Shown in pieces: positions 10,675-16,839 of a DNA stretch of 16,839 nucleotides. The notes beneath the pieces were generated by a model. It did no database searches and was not told where the DNA came from. It worked only from the letters and a program-made list of their open reading frames with translations. Every line of letters starts with the position of its first letter. The first letter of the stretch is position 1. A program made the position numbers and the translations under genes. Source of the stretch: Selaginella moellendorffii (lineage: Eukaryota > Plantae > Lycopodiophyta); contig NW_003314288.1 in the NCBI RefSeq assembly GCF_000143415.4, forward strand, positions 449,451 to 466,289, written 5' to 3'.

Positions 10675-11020
10675 TTGTTAAAGGAGATGTAATAAAGATT
10701 GTTTGGGATAATGGAGAATCAATTGCAAAGGGAAGAATAGAATCTCTAAATATTTCCGAAGGCAAGAATATCCTTAATTCTGGTTGTTCTTTTATAGATA
10801 TAAATGCTTATAGTATATAGTGTAAAGCTCTTGTGAAGATAGTGGATGCTATACATGCAGTTGTGGCTAAGGGACTAGTTATTGTTGTAGATCCTCAAGA
10901 TGCTCTACACAATAGAACTTTAGGGTGGGATTATATTGAAATCTCAATTTCTTCTTTTGTTTATGTTTCAAGTAAGTTGGAAATAGGTAGTCTAGTTTAA
11001 TAGAAACTATCCAACACTCT
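10675..11020 (+). mobile_element. Probable CACTA (En/Spm) TnpA/Tnp1-like exon relic
   Basis: Follows a T-rich acceptor (…TTTTTCTCAAG). One frame reads ESIAKGRIESLN...*...VVAKGLVIVVDPQDALHNRTLGWDYIEISI...EIGSLV**KLSN. This resembles the Tnp1/En/Spm motif VA.G.i.s.DP...hg..LG..y.eV.v...IG..v.W (the TAA TAG pair fits CAA TGG). Based on motif recall only. Confidence 0.5.
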
Positions 11021-11153
11021 TTTTGGTAATAGTATACCATCTACCATACTAATAAACACTTGCATTTCTTCTTCACATTATTGAAAACGAAAATATACAT
11101 TTATCAGATAAGCTATTAAGAAGCAACCAAGCAATTAGAAATCAAATACTAAG

Positions 11154-11171
11154 TGGAGGTCCCTTGGGGAC
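11154..11171 (+). promoter_or_regulatory. Candidate tRNA-Gln primer-binding site
   Basis: TGGAGGTCCCTTGGGGAC. The first 9 nt match the reverse complement of the tRNA-Gln 3' end as I recall it (…GGACCTCCA). It lies at the start of the A/C-rich gypsy internal region. Confidence 0.45.
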
Positions 11172-13824
11172 GATGGGGAATAAAAATAATAGTTAATCAA
11201 AGTATGGATAGCAATCGAAAATAAAAAATACAAGAATAAAAAATCTAGAAACATGTATCAACAATAACTTTGAGGACAACAACATTTAGAATACAACCAC
11301 TACTCAGCTCAGACTTTTTGAACATCACCATCAACTAAAGAATGTAGACACTTATAGTGAGGATGTGCACAACTTTATACAACACAATTAAAAGTAGGCC
11401 ACAATTACTTTATAATAATTTAACATAACAAGGACTCGTAAAAATAGTAGCCATAGTATGCAATCCTTTTTGATCCCAAAGTTGGTGAGCAATGACCTTG
11501 TTGAAGACTGATCAACTTTACTAAGCTGAGTATAGTGTAGCAACATAAATACCAATACATAAGATTGTGTTAATTTACACCATATGATTCTTCAACTACA
11601 CAACATTTCCTTGAGAAATCACATGTGTTGAAAACATACCTTGAACTCTTACACTAACTACAAGACATTACAATCAACCTAGACAAGAACCATAGCCTTA
11701 GACGAAAACCATAGCAATGGTAACTGAACTACCAAAATCAAGGTACATATAATCCTAACCCTAGATACCATTGACAATACAACAATGGCAACCAAGACAA
11801 TTAGTATTAGCGTCCATACCAACAGACTTATCAGCAACTTTATTGAGACAACCAACAATGAAGACCACCACTCTTGCAAAACAACTATCAATAACAGTAC
11901 CACAACAATCAACAATGGAAACCACCTTTGCAATAACTAAACTCAATAGCAAAATCAACAATATTTTTCCTTGCAACAATTATCAATAGCAACCTCAAAC
12001 TCAAGAAATCTGACCTCAATACCAACAACAACAAAATCAAGGTAATCGACCTCCTTAGCAAGATCAGCAACATCGAAGACCTCCTCCAACAACAAAAAAT
12101 GTCAACATCAACTAAATCGAAGATGAGAACTTTGAAGATGAACATAAGGTAAGAGCTCTAACTCAAAGTCAGAAAAAACACTACACTCTTGAAGATGACC
12201 TTGAGGAAAAGTCAAAGAACAAGAACTCCAAGATGAAGTGCAAGAAATCTCAAGGCACGAATGGCAACAAAGCAAGGAGCTAATCAACACAATTTAGCAA
12301 ACCCTTCAACAACAACAATATGAAGTTAAAGATAATTAGGAAATTATGACTAAAACTCTGTCAAGAAAAGAAGAACAACCAAAGCCCATCACCAACATTC
12401 TTCAACAAGGTATCACACTCACTCTTTTAGAACTTTCACAGGTAGCTTCATACTTGAGAAAACAACTTCTCAAGATATGTCAAGCTTCTCCACCAAAAAA
12501 TTTCAGCTCAAGTTAAGACAAAAACCAACAACTCATCCTATAAGGCAAACATTCAACCTAGTGACTATATTGAAAATGTACCATGCATCCCAATCACAAT
12601 AGGAAACAACAAAGTTATATATGTAATCATCAACGGTAGAGCAAATGTCAACATTATCGAGTATTCAACCTGCAAAGCAATGGGACTTGGACCAATCCAC
12701 TCTACACCCTTCAATGTCAAGATGGCCGACAATCAGAGTGTACAACTATCAAGAATTGTGCACAACATTCCTATCAAGATTAAAGATCAAGAATTTAAGC
12801 TAACTTTCATCGTACTCAAGATGGTGAAAGACCAAAGGTGCTACAAAGTACACCTCAAATGAACTTAGCTCAAGTCCATAGACATTATCACATATTGGAG
12901 GAACAATACCATCACCCTTGGAGGACATAAAAATGCTCCACAACTATCTACTAGTATTGTAAAGAAGATTGCAAAGACATTTTAACTAACCACAATCAAA
13001 CAATATGACTAGAATGAAGGACTCGACAGCTATGAAGAAGCTCAAATTCTCAAGGCATACCCCAAATTAAAAATGCTAATCTAAGTCAATCTAAAGCAAA
13101 TCATCCTGAAGAAAACAAGCAATCAAGATCCTCAACTTCAAAATGAAGATTTCCAACACCAAAATTTGAAAGAAAAGATAACACTAGCACACATGAGAAA
13201 ACAATGAGAACATTCAAGCATCAAACTTGAATAGTTTAAATTGACGCATCAACAAATTCCACTCCAAGAACAACCAGGTCTACGATAAGAAGGATCATGA
13301 CTTACACCAATACTCAACCTTGAAGAACCAACTCAAAAAATTAACCTTGGAACACCTAAAGAACCAAAAAAACTTCACATTGCCCAAGACCTTGATGGAG
13401 ATTTTAAAGTAAAAGCAACTCAACTACTTGACACTTATCAAGATGTTTTCACCTGGTTCTAGACCGACTTACAAGGAATTCCACCTGAACTCTACACACA
13501 TCGAATTGAACTTCAATCATAAGTGGTACCAACAAAGCAATCAGCCTACCGAATGAATTCGAACATACAAACCAAAGTCAAAGAAGAGCTTGACAAACTC
13601 GAAAATGTTAGATTCATCTTCCCAATTCAAAATCCAAAATGGCCATCACCACTAGTCATTGTCCCCAAAAAGAACAACAAGCTTAGGATTTGTGTCAACT
13701 ATAAGAAGCTCAACAATACAACTCAAAAGGACACCTTTTCAATTCCATTCTCTGATGAAATTCTTGATGCAATTGCAGGATATAAGATGTACTCCTTTCT
13801 TAATGGCTTCAGTAGACACAATCA
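11154..13824 (+). mobile_element. Degenerate non-chromovirus Ty3/gypsy (Athila/Tat/Selgy-like), gag region-protease-RT N-terminus, truncated
   Basis: A/C-rich with a Q/N-rich linker (~11770-12320). ILQQGITLTLLEL. Protease VIINGRANVNII (DGG->NGR at 12632) and VKMADNQSV. RT: INLGT..EPK.LHI..YQDVFTW*.DLQGIPPELYTHRIEL...YRMN...VKEELDKL...WPSPLVIVPKKNNKLRICVNYKKLN..TQKDTFSIPFSDEILD.IAGY.MYSFLNGFSRHN. The 5' boundary is tentative. Confidence 0.88.
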
Positions 13825-15442
13825 TCAATGGATCTCCCCACGACACATCAATCAGCAGTCAAACAAGGCGAGCAGCGCATTCTTGATCCTCTTCCAGTCG
13901 ATCCACTTTCCTGTAACCAATGGTGCTACCGTTGCTCACCAGGTACCAGCCCAGCTCGCTGTCCCATACCTCAACGAGATATTCCATGACCCTTTGTCCC
14001 ATGTTTACTGGCTCTCAGATCTCCAGTGCATTGAACTTTGAGACCTTGCCAAGATCAAGCTCGATCCAGCCGGTCGACTCCCCTTGCATTGGAGCCCAGA
14101 AAGTTTCCATACGCTCGTCAAGGATTTGCTTCGGCCCGAACGAAGAGCTGTGAATGCTGCTTGCTGTCACGGACAAGGGATTCGCTGCTAAGTTGACGCT
14201 GAAGATGGAATCTATGGCGGAGCTAAACCGCTCCAGCGTCTGGAAGTCGGATTCGTCGATCAGTCCTGACGAGTTTGGAGGGACGTTGAGCAGCAAGCAG
14301 TTCCTGGTGGATGATTTGTAGAAAACGTCGAGCAGCTGCTCCAGGGATTTTGGAGCCTCGTTCCTGTGCCAAAACCAACCAAGATATTGCACTCCGGAGG
14401 GAGCCAGTTGGTTCCAGCACTCTCTCCAGACATCAAGTACCTGTTGATGTTGCGAATTGGATCGAGTTTCACGAGAACGAAGGTTTCATGGAAGGATGGA
14501 TTTTATGTATTGGCCATCGCTCCTGCCGATCGTAATGGAAGATCTGTTTGCCATCGCCCAGCATGGTTGTCCGGCCTCGCCATACTCATTCCCAACCCAT
14601 CGGATGTCGGGGCCAGCATCGGAAAAGATGTTGGCACCGGGAATGAATCGTGTCAAACCAGAGCTCAAAATCGTAGCTCATGTTCACTGCAGTGGGTGAT
14701 TTCGCACCATCCAGCCACACCTGGGAGATCGGCCCATATCTGCACGCCAAAACAAAATGCCGCGTGAAGGCATCTGCTGCTAGAGATGAAAACTACAAAA
14801 GCCCACAAGCTCGCGAGCTCCTAATGCTAAAACCGTTTGATGGGCTGGGGGAAATCCAAACGTGTCACACAGTGATCATGCCACCAAGAAAAATGCGTGA
14901 AGAAGAAGCAAAGAATGTCTCACTCACCCAGTAAGAAGCTCTCGGAGCTGAGCCAAGTAGAACTCGTTGTAGAGAAGAGTGTCGCCATAGCAGCTCTCGT
15001 GCAAATCCCATGGCGAGAGGTAAAAGCCCACGTCCAATCCACGCTCCCTGGCGGCGGCCACGAACTCGGCCACCACATCCCCCTTCCCTCCTCGCCAAGA
15101 GCTGCTAGCCACGGAGAAATTGGTGTAGGCTGAGGGCCACAGGCAGAACCCGTCGTGGTGCTTGACCGTGAGGATCACGAGCTGCACGCCCGCGGATTGG
15201 GCCGCATCCATCCACTGCGACGCATTCAATCGCTCTGGGTTGAAGATAGAGGGCGATTCGTGGCCAGATCCACACTCCGAGTCCATGAATGTGTTGACGC
15301 CGAAGTGGAAGAACATCGAGAGGCAGCGCGAGTGGAACTGGAGCTGGCGCCATGGGAGAGGGAGCAGTGGGGGAGAATTTAGGGCGACAGCTCTCAAGAA
15401 CACTAATATCTCGAGGAGCAAGAAAGAGAGATGGAAATTCAT
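13824..15442 (-). pseudogene. FUC1: GH29 alpha-L-fucosidase pseudogene, copy A (ATG to near C-terminus, 3 exons)
   Basis: Exon 1 (15442-14928): signal-peptide-like start, MFFHFGVNTF.DSE.G.G, LNASQW, ILTVKHHDGFCLWPS, YLSPWD. Intron 14740-14927. Exon 2: YGPISQVWLDGAK (GH29 nucleophile Asp), IFSDAGPDIRWVGNE. Intron 14441-14510 has its donor mutated GT->AT. Exon 3: WLPPEC / GWFWH (frameshift near 14383), LLNVPPNSSGLI, TGA at 14015-14017. Second frameshift near 14642. Confidence 0.95.
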
Positions 15443-15445
15443 TGC

Positions 15446-16839
15446 TCATAAAATGTTGTCTCTTGTTTGTACAATTTTCTTCCCATGCCTGAATATGGTT
15501 TTGTCCTCAAGACAAATTGCTTGCGCTTGTTAGAGGTTGAATATCAACTTGGTATTGTTGCTGTTGCGAGGTAGTAATAGATGTTGTCCATCTTGGTTGG
15601 TGATGTGTGGATTCAAAGGATATTGGAGTCAAGAAAGTTATCCATGTTGTGTTTCGGTTGTTCATCGGTTGTAATGCAGCTTAGGTGTTCATGTTCTCTT
15701 CCAAGCTTGTAGATGATTTTGAATGATTTTGAAGTTGTATTCTTGAAGTAGTAAGAACCATTGTGCAATTCTGCTAATGAAGATTGTTTTGTTGAGAAGG
15801 TGGAGGAAGTTACTGAGTAAGTAGTATTGAAACTTCTGGAGTGCATAAATCATTGCTAGAGCTTCTTTCTCAGTTGTAGTGTAGTTCATTTTGGCTGAGT
15901 TGAGTTTTCGACTTGCATAGTAGATTGGTCAGTCTTTATGATCTTCTTGTTGTTGCAAAAGGATCTTTCTGAGGGCGTATTTAGAGGCGTCAACTTGGAT
16001 GTTGAAATCTTTGTTCTAGTTTGGTTGAGCAAGTATTGGAGCTTAGGTGAGGGAATTCTTGAGGTTGATGAAGGCATTTTGACAATCTTGAGTCCAATTG
16101 TAAGCTTGATTCTTCTTGAGGAGTTCGGTGATAGGTTTTGCAATCTTGGTGTAGTTTTTGATGAATCTTCAATGGTATCCCATCTTTACCAAGGAATGAT
16201 CAAAGGCTTGAAATGTTGAATGGATGTTATATATTGGTGATTATGAGGGTCTTGTCCTTGCCAATGAGGATTCCTTCTTTGGAAACTACATATCTGAGTA
16301 GAATTCCTGATTTGACGAAGAAAATGCACTTGTCAGGGTTGAATGTGATATTGTGTTCATGGCATTTGATGAAGCATTTCTCTAAGCATTGGAGATGATC
16401 TTCTTTGTTGCTGAAGACACTGAAGTCATCCATAAATACTCGCATAAATTTAGTGAGGTATTCTTGAAAAGTGTCAGTGATGATCCATGAATGGTGAATT
16501 GGAGAGATTGAAAGGCATGAGAGGATAGGCATATGCTCCTCATGGATTGATGAAAGCTGTCTTGTGTTGATCTTCAGGCGCAACATGTACTTGATTGTGT
16601 CTACTGAAGCCATTGAGAAAGGAGTACATCTCATATCCTGCAACTACATCAAGAATTTCATCAGAGAATGGAATTGAAATGGTGTACTTTTGAGTTGTAT
16701 CGTTGAGCTTCTTATAGTTGACACAAATCCTAAGCTTGTTGTTCTTTTTGGGGACCATGGCTAGTGGTGATGGCCATTTTGGATTTTGAATCGCGAAGAT
16801 GAATCTACCATTCTCAAGTCTGTCAAGCTCTTCTTTGAC
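15446..16839 (-). mobile_element. Degenerate Ty3/gypsy RT-RNase H fragment, same family as 11154-13824, opposite orientation; continues beyond the window
   Basis: LRICVNYKKLN..FLNGFSRHNQVHVAPEDQHKTAF; FMRVFMDDFSVF (FMDD 16425-16436); NPDKC.F; RNase H FNIQVDASKYAL..PIYYASRKLNSA..NYTTTEKEALAMIYALQKF..RIAQWFLLLQEYNF. Ends in the pre-integrase linker (KPY...KLYKQ..DNIL*) at 15446. Confidence 0.92.

Larger units (their letters stand above)
13577..16839. repeat. Long inverted repeat: arms 13577-13824 and 16592-16839 (at least 248 bp)
   Basis: Manual alignment is ungapped with about 15 mismatches in 248 bp (~94%). The right arm reaches the window edge. Confidence 0.92.

Noticed and set aside
11679-12290. 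Hydrophobic membrane-protein-like ORFs on the minus strand
   Set aside because: Artefact of reading the CAA-rich retroelement strand in reverse (TTG/GTT codons).
14015-14017. Shared TGA as selenocysteine, read-through or an editing site
   Set aside because: A CGA->TGA deamination explains it, and both copies have other disabling lesions.
14924-15442. 172-aa ORF as a functional fucosidase
   Set aside because: It is exon 1 only. The catalytic Asp is in exon 2, and downstream exons have frameshifts, a dead splice donor and a stop.

Overview
Eukaryotic land-plant nuclear DNA, not prokaryotic. Short GT-AG introns (mostly 50-70 bp) and short-motif PLS-type PPR repeats suggest a compact genome such as the lycophyte Selaginella (inference). 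I find no intact gene. The window is a patchwork of intron-retaining host pseudogene fragments interleaved with decayed transposons. Host fragments: RRP5 (1-2121, +), two PPR fragments (4444-5220 and 7431-7713, +), two ~94% identical GH29 alpha-L-fucosidase pseudogene copies (6254-7437 and 13824-15442, -) and the C-terminal half of SEC16 (7714-9687, +). Transposon relics: a chromovirus-like Ty3/gypsy with a tRNA-iMet PBS (2285-4443), a probable CACTA TnpA relic (~10675-11020), and two inverted pieces of a non-chromovirus Ty3/gypsy (11154-13824 + and 15446-16839 -) that flank the second fucosidase copy. Most pieces are cut inside coding sequence and butt-joined, in one case with an inferred 7-bp microhomology. 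The duplicated pairs share inactivating mutations, so they were probably copied at the DNA level after they died. The most interesting signal is this capture/shuffling architecture. I see no support for a new functional system. Protein family assignments rest on my recall of consensus motifs, not on database searches.
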